Origin: Mizuhopecten yessoensis
Lineage: Eukaryota
NCBI RefSeq assembly: GCF_002113885.1
Contig: NW_018408738.1
Span: 992,486 to 1,056,485, forward strand
Reading direction: 5' to 3'
DNA: 64,000 nt
Shown here: piece by piece, positions 13,290 through 26,311 of the stretch
Position numbering within the stretch: the first letter of the stretch is position 1
Layout: the number at the start of each line of letters is the position of its first letter
The notes under the pieces: generated by a model
Databases searched by the model: none
Seen by the model: the letters and a program-made list of their open reading frames with translations, nothing else
Told to the model about the DNA's origin: nothing
Translations under genes and position numbers: made by a program

Positions 13290-13470
13290 AAGAGTAAGTG
13301 AGAAGGAAAAGAAAAGATAAAAGACAAAACAGCTGCTTTAAAAAAAGATATAGATCCTAATATCCCAAGCAGGAACAAAGTGGAAACCCCGAATTAAGCG
13401 GAAACTCCACATTAGTCGCCTCTCAATTACACCCAAGGTGTGCAACAGGTATATTACTTCCTCTAACCTA
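13290..13470 (-). mobile_element. Possible old SINE remnant (Meta-domain-like head)
   Basis: ATTAGTCGCCTCTC...GCAACAGGTATATT, preceded by a GAAAAGATAA/GATCCTAA purine tract, resembles the reverse complement of a bivalve SINE head (...CGTAAGAGGCGACTAA...). Recognised from memory and heavily diverged. Confidence 0.35.
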
Positions 13471-14342
13471 CGCTGCGACTTGCAAGAAGCGCTTCGGGGT
13501 TTACTTTAATAGGCCACATATGATTTTTGATAAATTGATGACATTGAAATTGAGACATTGACCTCACGAAGGAGTTAGTAACGGAAAAAATGTTCGTGGG
13601 TTACCTGTACCGTTACAATAGAGTCAGAAGTATGATAAGATATGACATATCTATGTCAGTTGGTATATAATGCTCCGGGGGGTAAACGCGTTAGTTACGA
13701 GGTATCTATCCCCCAATTCAATCTTTTATATATAAATGATAGTGGTGCACTTTTACCCTCAATGCAAATGACACCAGTGATTAATTTCCAAAATATAAAA
13801 AAATCATATGTAGATGATTTAGGTTCACCAATTAATCACTTAATGTCAAGCATACGGCTTGGCTAAGAATTTAAGCGAATTTATGTAACTTCACGGTGCA
13901 TATTGTACAGAGTCTGATATATCCATCGTCATATATACTCACCAGAGCCATGAAGAATACTAACGACCGAGAACCGCAAAGCATTTCTATCTGCAATATT
14001 TTTTAATCAACCAGCAAATCTATTTTACTTTCATGCTTACTTCAGAGCCTTTTTGTTTCGAAAGGTATTTCGTTATTTACATAAAATGTTGTTCAACATT
14101 ATAAGGAAACAATATAAAGGCATTGTTTGAATTACATTCAACTACTACTGTAACTAAATACATCCATATACTTCATTCCTATAGTATTGATATAGAATAT
14201 CGATATTTACCATAATGATATAAACACACACAATAACGGTCATGCACAATAGCGCTAGCGCTGTTTGATATCAATTTTATAACCATTTCCATCGTAGAGC
14301 TTTTGAAGGATAACCAAACGAAACATCGTCAGTAGATATTCT

Positions 14343-15250
14343 CTGTATGAGAGGAGGAAACACTGCAAGATGAAAAGGAACACTGTATGAAAGGGAAAAA
14401 TGCTTAATGAGGGGAAGGAACGCTGTACGAAGGACGGACGAAGGTCAGGAACACTGTATGAGGGGGAGGAACGCTGAATGAGGTTAGGAACACTGTATGA
14501 GGGGGAGGAACACTGAACTAGGGAAAGGGGTGCTGTACAAAGGACAGGACACTGTACGAAGGACAGGGACGCTGTATGAGGGGAACGAACACTGTATGAG
14601 GGGGTGGAACACTGAATGAGGAGAAGGGGTGCTGTACGAAGGACAGGAACGTTGTATGAGGGGAACGAACATTGTATGATGGGAACGAACACTGTATGAG
14701 AGGGAGGAAAGCCGTACAAAGGACAGGAACGCTGAAGGGGGGGAAGGAACGCTGTACGAAGGACATGAACGCTGAAGGAGGGGAAGGAACATTGTATGAG
14801 GGGAAGGAACGCTGTAGGAGGGAAAGGAACACTGAATGAGGGGAGGAACGCTGTAGTAGGGAAAGGAACGCTGTAAGAGGAAAAGGAACACTGAATGCGG
14901 GGAGGAATGCTGTACGAAGGACAGGAACGCTGTATGAGGGAAGGAACATTGTATGAGGGGAGGAACGCTGTAGGAGGGAAAGGAACGCTGTATGAGGGGA
15001 GGAACGCTGTAGGAGGGGAAGGAACATTGTAGGAGGGGAGTAACACTGTATGAGGGAAGTAACACTGTAGGAGGAGAAGGAACACTGTAGGAAGGGAAGT
15101 AACACTGTAGGAGGGGAAGGAACTCTGTATGACGGGAGTTACACTGTAGGAGGGGAAGGAACGCTGTATGAAAGACAGGAACATTGTATGAGGGGAGTAA
15201 CACTGTAGGAGGAGAAGGAATGCTATATGATGGGAAGGAACGCAGTGTCA
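14343..15250. repeat. Purine-rich 20-22-bp minisatellite, ~40 units
   Basis: Core GGAAC(A/G)CTGTA(T/G)GAGGGGA(A) is reiterated, with variant units such as GTACGAAGGACAGGAAC and GTAACACTGTAGGAGG. The array accounts for the three overlapping minus-strand ORFs. Confidence 0.95.
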
Positions 15251-18200
15251 AGGGAGGATGATTTCACAAAGCAACGAGTAAAGTAGTTTATGTAATTCAA
15301 TTAACTTAAAGATTTCAAATAACGCTTTATTGTTTATAGGAACTGATTTGGCCTATACACTGATTTTGAAATAATCGACTATATGACGATCTGCAATCGT
15401 CATATATATTTACCTTTTGTATGAGAAGACGTTTCCTTAATCAGAAACATATAGGTATCTACTTCAATGTTTTAATAAGTCAATCTGACTAACTTACCCA
15501 TATCGCTGTCAACAGGTGCACTACCACCCACGTGATAGCATAATAGTGATTCTTGAAACCCGTCAAAAAGACCTCGATCATTTCACATTTACCAATTACT
15601 TCATACCGGAGCTGTGTTTAATACGATTAATCTTACTATACGCATTACGATTCTTTTCGAGTGCTTATAATTTTATCTTCGGAGTATAATTATTTCAGTG
15701 TCTTTTAACAATATATTTTTTAAAAGCAAATTATTCGTATCTTGAGAGAGAACTGAAAGACGGGGTAGATAAAAAAGCAAAAGAGATAGAGCGAGGGAAT
15801 TGGGGCTTCAGATAATTTTAAACGACCATTATAACACCCCGAATTCTGCACAAGGCCTTGTATAATTGCTTCATATGGGCTTTGGCAAGCAGATTCTTCC
15901 CCATATCTGCAGAGATAGCGGTTTGGAGAACGATTGTTCCAGTTTAAAAGGTATACTGTGAAATCTGAAATGTATCATACTTTTACATGAAGTTCCGACA
16001 CGTGTTATCACAATGGAACACGTTCTTCTACACGTGGGCTGTAGTTGTCTGGCTCATTTAAACGTAAAGTTCGTTTTACGACAAACTGTAATCTGATCAC
16101 TCATTCAAGCTGCTATCACTTTAGACAAGTATCATAACACTTCTTTGATTACTCAAGTTTCTGTATAGCCACACCTCGTGTCTCCAACATTGCATTGTTT
16201 TCTTTGCAACCAAACTAGAATGTCATCACATCAATGTCGACAGTTCGTTGGGTCTGTCATAGGACACGCAGTACCTTTTTTTTCTCTTTGCTTCCGGCTA
16301 TCAGGATATCACACTCTGTCACATATGGTACTGAATGCCGACTAACCAGAGATAGGGCATGTGAAACATAAACTAATGCATAGAATACATTAAAGAAAAA
16401 GAAAACAGTAAGCTCAAAAGTGTCAAGCTTTGAATATGAGACAGCGTATTGATATCAATGACCAAGACGAAACCCCCGAATGTGCACTGGGCCAAACAAT
16501 GTTTCTGTTTGAAATCCGAATAGCATTGCAGTCTGGTTATGTAAGTATTGCTTGAATGATCCGAGCCCTACTGCTGGCCCACACCAGATAAGCCAACCAT
16601 AGATTTTCGTACATAGAGTAACCCCCGTCTTATAATCGCTGGAATATAACTGTAGAGTCAGATTGCTAGTATCAATACTTGATTACAGAGACAGTCTAAT
16701 GATCGAGGTCAAAGGTTCGAGTCTCGGTAACGTACGTCCGTGGCGTACCTTTTTTACATTCACAACACAGTTGTAAGTTTCTGTTGTTAATTTCATCATT
16801 ATCATTATCTTATGTATTCAGGTCAAACCCTAAGCAAACAGTTATTTCGAGGGATATGCAGGTTGACCAAGACCTTTGACGAGTGTTATGGTTGCCATGT
16901 TAAGATCGGCTGGAAGTTTCCAGTTTCGCTGTGTGATATGAAGGTCGATATATATTGTATTGCCTCATTAGAAATGCCCTGCCGTTCGTTGTAACTATCC
17001 CGATTCTCGCTTTAAGGACATGCTATACTTTGTAACTCCGATTTGATCAAGATAAAATGGCTAATGGAGCAGGAGTTACTATTCCCACCACCGGGACCAC
17101 CTTGTCTTATGATCCTTTTGCTTTGCATGTTAATATTTACTTTGTTGATATTTTGCCCTGGTTTATCGATTTTAAGTTGAAAGTACGCTTTCGTTGACAC
17201 TCCCGTTTATGTCCTTTTTAGGTTTTTTTCTCCTGCACATAGGTGATAGTGTTGTGGTCTTGATTTGAAAAAAAAAGCAAATCCTACTTTTACGACAAAG
17301 CTTATATTGGAGCTCTGATTCCTGCTTAATGTTTTCAAAAATAGATAGAAAATTCTGTAATCAATATCTTTTAAATATTCATCGATACATTGTTGAATAC
17401 ATTTCCGACACCGCCGATGTAACGCAGCCAACATTTGAACTCCCGGGCTCTACAGGGTAATACGTAGGATTTAATTCCTCGGCGTTTCATCAATCCTGAT
17501 ATCAAAAGCGTTTGAATTGTGCGGTTCTCTATCTACACACAGAATACAGGACAACCTGCGCAGGCATTGCATTATAGATGTACATCATGGCCAGACGTTC
17601 TATAGCAGGCGCTCAGGATTAATGTAGACAGCTTTAGAGGTAGACCTTTTACTTTGATTCTCAATTATGTAAATTGAGGCAAAGACAGAGATTGAATCCG
17701 TCTACAAAAGCCTACGTATGGGAACTGCATGTGATAATTCCGGCCATTTTTGTAAGGGGATATCTATAGACAGACCCTGATAGATGTGTGGGATTACTTA
17801 GCTATAGGAGACCTTTACAACAACAAGTCTTCATTAGACATGAAGTAATCATTTAAGATCAACGAACATGACACAGGAAAGATATAGTTGTACGTAGCCG
17901 TTACCTGCTGCACCTCATGAAACAAACCCTTAAGTCTAATATCAGGCGCTTTCGGAAATGACACTTCACCTGTGATGGTCGCTCCGTTTTACCAGTACGT
18001 TGCATACTATGCTGCTCTGTATGGAATTGCTTTTTAACCTCAAAAATTTTAAAATGCAAAGACCTGATGGGACCGTTTTGAGCAATTGATGATTTTTTTT
18101 TAGTATGTTATCATTGCAAATTCCTAATACCTATATTCAGCTTGACGATGACTGTCTCTTCAGACAAGGGGGGTGAAACCGATAATAAGTTCAAAGAGGT

Positions 18201-21200
18201 CCAGGTGGCAGCAAATGTGTAAAACGAAAGTGTGAATGTGTGTCACGAAGTATATGTAAGAAGAAGAAAAATAAGTCACACGCATATCACAGATCGGTAG
18301 GGAAAGGGTTATCTACAGGTCGGGAAGCTAGTATCGCACACCGATACCTTCAAAAGGACACTTTGGTCGGGTGATCAATCATATACTCGACTGACTTCTG
18401 GCACTACTGTCCAACAGAACCAGGAACAAATAAAAAAGATAATTACTTGACCACGTCATTGTGACTGACTACAAAATGATATGAGTTTTAGCTTTTACTA
18501 GACACCTTTATTGTAGTATTCCATCATGATCAGTACACATTCGTGAGCAAAGAACGACGTCATATAGGGAATGGCTGATCACCAAGTGGTTTTCACCACC
18601 GCTTTTAAAAAAACACATAACGTCATGCCCACGCACTTAAGGCGACAGCGACTCTCCAAGTTACTTTTTAATTTCAAGATTGCTGTTAATGTTCCTGTTT
18701 TTCTTCTCCGTTATTTAATGATCCCCTATAGAGTTTTCAGCGTGAAGTTTTTAATGGTGCTTATGGGACATGAATTGAACTTGTCTGGATACGTTAGGTA
18801 TTTGTCAGGAATGGTTATTGCCAAGGTATCTACATGTATATTTGTTTACCTGGAGCAGTTCTGTATTTATCATTGAGGTACCCCGGGTTTACCTATATCA
18901 ACTACATCATAATGATGACCTCTCGGTGATTTCTTGGAAACAATCTTATTCTACCGGTTCAAGCTTAGACTGATATGTTAGTTTTCTTTTCATTGTCAAA
19001 TGAGCAACAAACCAACTCAGACATCTATATTTCTATTATGTTAGTTCATCTGTTTTGCCCTCTTTGTGCTTTTAAAACTGATGTAAATCGAGATAAATGC
19101 CAGATACATTTTAACCAGTGAAATAACGGAAATTATCAATTTATCTAAAAAATTACTGCAATGACGAAGAGAAGGTTTACATTTTCAGATCGATATGATA
19201 TAATGCAGTGTCTTGTCCCGTTTGTATTACTATTCCCTCGATTTTGTCTTTTTATTTATTAAATGATTTACATCTTTATTCTAAAACAACAGAGACATAC
19301 ATTTTTGTCTTTAATAAATAAACATCTGAAAGGCTTGCACTTAATTTGTCCTTGAACGGAAGCATCTGCGGACCGATTTTTTTTTTATTGAGAAACAATT
19401 ATTTTTAAACATTCAGTGGTCACTCAGTGGATGTTAAACACGAAACTCTAGTATTCATTTTTTTCTGTTAAACTTCCCGATGCTTCATTCAAGTAGAGCC
19501 TGTCTCCATTTATTTGATGCCATCATCACCCTTTGACTAGTCTTTGTGTAATCACAAATCCTATCGTTCTCAATGGCCTCAACCTTAATATCACTGCGAG
19601 AGGAGCCTGGACTACTAACGTGTCTTCAGTGCGGTGACAAGTATCTGTCAAGTTTCCTCCGGGTATTGTAACGATTTATGTCGTGTACTTGTGGCATTTC
19701 TCATACTGTCTTGACACAGGAGGAAGGCGTTCTTCATTTGACACCTAGCCTATCTGCCCCTGTCAACACCAGGGGATTGACCTAAGAAAAGAATACAATT
19801 TTCATGTAATATAGCTTGATGCTGGTGTGACCAACCGTCACGACCAGCATGTCTTTCAGGAGCGGTTCGGCCTATTGAAGTGTCACTATGTATATATAAG
19901 GCACCTCAGTCATATCTAACAGTGCACATGGAGTTATTTTAAAATGTACACACAGAGACGAGCATGATTTACACAAAAACATTATAAAACACCAGAAAAA
20001 TATACCATCTCCTTTACAACATTAGTTACAAAGAGCAAACACATATGTGCTAGGATACCAAAAATGGTACACATTTTAAGAAAAATCAATTTATTTTACT
20101 TTAATTGAAACGATACATGCTATACATTGCCCATTCCTGATACGCTATTGCAATGGTCTGTACAGAACACAGAACCATATTTAATAGACTTATGATTATT
20201 GCAAGGCCTCCATATAGGCTAGTCTAATACAATGATGGAAATACTAGCCATTATATTACGAAAAGCAGCGTTACATTTGAAATATATCATTTTTATTATT
20301 AAGTGTTTGATGCAATGAAACATTGACTATTCTTTTTTCAAACGCAAAGAAAAACATTCTTAATTCTATTTATTACGATATTAAACTGTGACCAATAACA
20401 TAATTAAGAAGATAGCAAAGGCTTTTTAAAGTAAATGAGTAAAGAATTTATATTTCCCCGAGGGAAAATCGCTTTACCAGACAATATAATAAGTTTAGAA
20501 AATTTCGGGGAATTGTTACCGGAGGGATATTACTGTTTTGATTGTCAGATATAAACTAAATTCAAAATTGTTGATGATTTTTTTACTGCCTATTTTATGT
20601 TGTCAGTGTTATATTGTCTGTGCTTCTATATCACTGTTCACGCACTTATGTAAGTGTTCAATGTCCGTATATTTTGATGGTAGCTTTCTTCAGTAAAACC
20701 ACGGTACACATACTGATGCCTGTTTCTGAGTCTGATTCCTGTGTTGTGATGTCCTTATTATAATGCCAATCTTTTTATCTGTATGTATTCTGATATAAGT
20801 GTTTCAACGCCTGTAATATCACAAGATAAATTGAGATGTAAGTTTTTCATTATCGTATTCTGATAACATAGACAAGAACCCAGTGGAATCAACGGATACA
20901 GTAAGGAACGAAGTATTATGTATAAGTTTTCTCTCCCTTTGCTGCAAATGGGGAATGGCAAAACAGAAAATTTAATAACTGACGGTTCATGAACGTTATA
21001 AAAGTTACAAGATTAGATGGTTAATTTGCTACAAAGAGGCCATATGACGACGGTGTCCATTGAAGTCATTATAGGACAGCTTAGCGTGTCACCAAACTGG
21101 AAAAACTATAGGTTCGGCCGAGAAGCAGTGTGTGGTAATTAACTTTTGGTGAATAGGAAGGATAAGTATTTGAGAAATAATGGTTATCATGATAAAGGGT

Positions 21201-22181
21201 TTACTCAGTTTGGTTTACTCAGTTAGTATGCTGTCACATGAGACATTTTGCAAAATATAATCGAAATCATGATTGGCGGTAATATTACCTATCGTTTAAG
21301 TCAAATACTGTTACGTAAACTCTCATATCCTACGTATATAGCCTTCAAACGTACCTGAATAGTATGTATCCGCTCATGGCTAGAACAAAGCACACACACA
21401 CTCCCGAACACACAATGAACAGCAGACAACTTGCAGTCATAAACAGAACCACGGAGATTTTATGGTATCAGTATTCTAAGTTGACTTCAATTTTTTAACA
21501 CGACATTTTTGCCTCGTAGATATGGTGAAGATGAAACAGAAAATTACCTAAAGCTTGTTGTTTGTTCCATGTAAGGTGCACCAACAAATGAGGAGCAGAC
21601 ATTTCCTGAACATTATGTAGACAATCACGCTATCGTTAAGAGAGAAACGAGATTGACCGTTTTGGGTGAAAAATGAGGATTAAAGTGCAAACCCATCTAT
21701 GTGTAATGACCTAGACACACAATCGGAAATAAAATCTGACATTTATCGTGAACTAGAGAAAAGGTTCAAAACTCTACCACGATGCAATATATATTAGCCA
21801 ATCATGGTCCATTTTTCTGGATACGACAAAAAATGGCCAACCGTTCATCGCGATACCATCTCGACGATAAGCAGAACCAATGATGGGGGGACTTTGCGGC
21901 AATTTATAAGATATCCCCGATACCTTATCTGATCCTATTCGCCTGAAGATGGTCTAGGGGCGAGTGCTATTCCGCTTTTCACAATGGACTTTACCATGTA
22001 CTGTTTACCCTAGACGACCGGTGAATACCATAATGCACTTTTCTAAAAGTTAACTCTTGGATTTAAGTATTTATTGATTACTAACGTTATGTCTTATCGC
22101 ATATGCACAATTGCATTATCGTCTTATATAACCACTCAATGACATAATGTCTAATAGAACCCTCTACCTGGCGTAATGTCA

Positions 22182-22580
22182 AATAGAATTTTCCTCTGTC
22201 TTGAGGGTGTGACAGCAAAATCTTCTACCCTAGGGTTGATGTATTTTGGGTTTGGGTCTGAGGGTTTGGATATTTCTTTGTTACACACTCAAGGCAGGGG
22301 ATGATTATTTTTCCTCATCCTATTATTTCTTTCACAACTCCACCGATAGTAGTCTACCATGCGTGTAAAGAAAACACATGTGGTTTGAATATCATCATTG
22401 ACTTTTGATGACATCACAATTAATGGTGACACATTTTACTTACATCACAATTGAACACGTGCTAATCGGCAAGGGGATATCTCTCACTAGGGGTGACAAG
22501 CTTTTCTCCCACCCTTCACAGGCGTGTCTCCCGTTTTATCCGGGAAAGATCAGTTTGTCACCCCCTAGGGTGTGAGAAAT
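22182..22580. mobile_element. Non-autonomous element with an imperfect hairpin at each end (family A, copy 1)
   Basis: Left hairpin: TTTCCTCTGTCTTGAGGGTGTGACAGCAAAATC pairs imperfectly with GATATTTCTTTGTTACACACTCAAGGCAGGGGAT. Right hairpin: CTAGGGGTGACAAGC pairs with GTTTGTCACCCCCTAG. The centre carries repeated ACATCACAATT. A related copy lies at 58596. Confidence 0.7.
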
Positions 22581-23958
22581 AATTCCGAATGATTACTGGC
22601 ATGACGTTTTATATAACATCATTAACAGTTCTGTTCAATACGTATATATATCCGTTCCTAACTTGTTGATTGCATTGAAATGACGTTATATTCCACGCCT
22701 AAACACATTGATCTTGCGATGTAACCATTTGGTGTAAGATTAAATGACCGAAATGCATGTATTCCAGTTCACGTGTTCGTTAAGTGACAATTTCCTTTGA
22801 AGATTGAATTTCAACCGTTTTATTGACACATAGTACGTTGTTGTTTTCGGGCTTTCAAAAGACAGGGACATTATCTTCTGCTCAAGGACGATTTGGAACA
22901 GCTCTTTAGGTAGTATAGCTGTTAAATCACACACAAAAGTGCACGATATTCATTGGGGATTTTCAAATCGTATTTGACATCTGACGGCAAAAGCTATTTG
23001 AACTTCAATACCCATGTCACATGATTTAATTGCGATAGCAAAGATAAATTTGTATTAAAGGTGGGTAAAACATATATGGCATGTTCTCGTGGCTATTTAT
23101 GTATAACCAATTATCGGCTCCTAGGGTAAAACACCGTTTAATTGTACAATAGGAAGGCTCTTTTGATAACAGTATCATAATAACACCCACACAACGAAAT
23201 CATGTCTGATAAAATAATAAAATGTGATGTACTGCCTTACAAAACCCTTCCAATTTATTGTGATCACGTCATACTGAGCCTGCGCAAGCTTCAAGCGTCA
23301 TATACATGTAAATATAACCCACCCCTTGGTGTCATCTCCTAAACGGGATCTTTTCTCTTCTTTTAAACAACTTATTCCATATCTTTTGCTACATTATATA
23401 TCCCCTTTTATACAGCAAAACATGTATTATAATTACCTCACAATCTACTATTCTAGTATACTACAGAATAGGTACCTTACACAAAACAATTTCACTTCAA
23501 GTATAAAGCAATGTGTATATTTCACTATACCATGAAAAAGACACCTCTTCCTTACCAGACAATGTCCCTCCGTGTACCATGTTTATCACAGGGAGAAAGC
23601 ACTGTCGAATCTGTCTATGATTACCCACTATGCGTAACGCTAAAAAAACATACAGATCTTATTAAGGACTGAGGCGACCAATTATTCATTTATGGAAATA
23701 GAAAGAAACCTAACGTGATCGTTCAATATGAAATAAGGACATAATGGAATACGCGGAAACAGGCATCATGCTAATCGTTAGCATCAATCACGTATGTACA
23801 TCACAACAGTACAGTAAAAAGCTCCACCATCTCCCAATATCTCAGACCTTGTCACGGACATACACAGTTCAATAGCGACCGTACACTAAAGATAGTGCAT
23901 TATATCTACTCTTACTTACATAACGGATACTTAATAAAAGGAAGTTTTTTTTTCTTAC

Positions 23959-24320
23959 CTCAGGGCAATAATAGCATCGATACCTTAGACAGTTACGTTT
24001 TCTGATACCTTTTTAAAATTGTTATATGAATAAGATGTCAATAAATAATAGAGACATGCACGGGAAGTTTGACCGTGTAATTGAAAAGTATTGTAACGTG
24101 ATAACACAGCTGACTCGGTCGCATAACACGCCAATTTTTGAATTTTGTTTTAATAAAAATAAATAGATAGGTTTCTGATGATGAGGCGGAAAATAACGAG
24201 TAGATAAAGAAAGAAAGATGTCCAAGATGTTGCCTTGAGGAAGACAGATCAATGTTGGTATCTGTTCACAAAATGGCCACATGTATGAGTCGTCGATTAC
24301 AATAATGCAATGAGATACAG
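23959..24320 (-). other. Candidate first exon (5' boundary uncertain)
   Basis: Strong donor GAG|GTAAGA at 23959/23958. Upstream lie TATAAG (~24355), a CRE palindrome TGACGTCA (24491-98) and an E-box CACGTG (~24546). Confidence 0.3.
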
Positions 24321-25928
24321 CAAGTAGGTGTTGTTTGATCGTCCCGGAATCTTATAAGTCACATAACTATTATCCGTTATCGCAAAAAACCCACCCTCAG
24401 TTGTATTTCCCAGCCTACGTTTTTTACATTTGAAGTGGCTGAATATCTTCGATATCGCATATATGATAACATTGAATTGACAAATTGTCATGACGTCAGA
24501 TTTACGTATACAAGTTTGGACGTCTTTTACAGCGACATCTGATCACACGTGGGTGTCATTATCAATTAGCTTGGACCAGGTGATAGCCCGGAATTCATTT
24601 ATCTTAATTGAGTAACAGAGATGATTTCTAGGAGAATCCCCATTACAATATGTCGCCCTTTGGGAGAACTGATGGAGGCATTACGTGGATGTCACAGTGG
24701 AGGCTAGCGTTGCCAGGCCAGTCTTAATGATGAACCTGTCGCAGCGATTTTAGTTCGTGTATATTGAACGTCAAAGAAAATTCATCATAGTTCGGAATAT
24801 TTTTTTTCCGTATTAGTCTTCGGAGAACTAGAAAAAATCTGTTTTTGTGTCTAACCCACCATTCATATAAGCTATACAGGTATGGCATTGTAGATATGTC
24901 ATTTTTTAATACAATCCTTACAAATGATTTGTAGGGCAAAGAAGAGCGAAGCTTAAGCTTTCAATAATAAAACTCTCATCAAACCTTAACATAATGACAT
25001 TCAAATTGGGAAATTAAGCTAGAAAACTATGTCAGGATTCAATATAGGAAATGGAAATTGGAGGGAAAGTGTAGCCTTGGTTTTAATATGGGCTTGTAAG
25101 GAGTAATAAGTCAGGTAATCCCCCTTGTCCACAGGGGGATTCGTCGCGCGCGATGTCCGGGGGTTGGTAGTGCACCTCGGGGTACTTTGTAATGGATATA
25201 TTGGTGTGCTCCAATCACTGTCATTGATTTTATAAGTAATGTGTGTTTTATCTCTGGGCATTGTATTCCAGTGATCCTTTGATTCCCAATGTGGCATTAA
25301 TTCCACCTTGCGCACGAAGCCATTGGAGCGCTATCAAGTCACGCATCGTCTTTGTACTGTTGGTCTATTGATGGTCAAACGCTAGCTGAACAACAACCAT
25401 TCTGAAGGATGCAATAATCAGTAACGACTTAATATACGTCAGGCATGCTTAGACTTGTAGGACTTGACGTATAACGCCCGACAATCAGCTTATATCTAAC
25501 ATTGTTAAATATATGTCACCATCACTATGGTTTGTATATATGTATATTAGTAAAAAATGGAAAATGATATACAACAGCTTCAACATAAACGGACAAAATG
25601 AAACTCAATACAGAAAGATAATACCAGGAAAATATGAAGCATTGAAACACAGGAGAATACAACGTGTACCCACATACAGAACACGAGATGAAACCAAGAG
25701 AAATAACATCTCGATAATGACACTACCCTGTGCTGATAAACTTGCCTCTGTTCAAATACAGCAATTACTCTAAATGTCATACAGTATTGATGGCCAATCA
25801 ACCAGGAGAGGTTATAAAGGTCCAAATGGCAAAACAATTAAGAGAACGACAAAGTGAAAATTGCTTATCAGTGCTTATTTTTTCACTAGTACAGATTTTA
25901 GCTCTACAACAAAGATAGCATCACTCAC

Positions 25929-26311
25929 CTTTTACAGGCTCGGAGACACAGACAAATATTTCCTTACATAGTTGTGCCAGGTAAATTTATAATCCATAAT
26001 GTCGTGATCGTGTACATGCATGTAAAAGTACGTTATGTATTTCCAAGATAACTGTGATATATTATGTATCAACCTTTTAATCAGCTCTGGCCGTGACTCC
26101 TGTTGTTGTAACGATTCCACTATAATCGCACACCCACGCCGAGCGTTAAGGCTCACCAGCGATCCAGTGTCTTTGTCTGGTGACACTACGTACAACACAA
26201 CGACACTACCCAGTCACCGCAAAATATATTCAATATAGCAAAAATTCACATCCAAGATACCGCCACACTTTTCACCTTAGCAACGTCTTCCATTGGCGAT
26301 GCTAATACACT
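25929..26311 (-). other. Candidate first exon
   Basis: Consensus donor AAG|GTGAGT at 25929/25928, and a TCAGT initiator at 26313-26309 with TATACA 30 nt upstream. Confidence 0.35.

Noticed and set aside
14255-15251. 309-, 255- and 195-aa minus-strand ORFs
   Set aside because: All three frames are open only because the pyrimidine-rich repeat strand has few stops. Unit lengths of 20-22 bp shift the frame continually.
16700-16760. tRNA or SINE suggested by the box-B-like GGTTCGAGTCTCG
   Set aside because: No clear box A or cloverleaf; at most an unclassifiable SINE relic.
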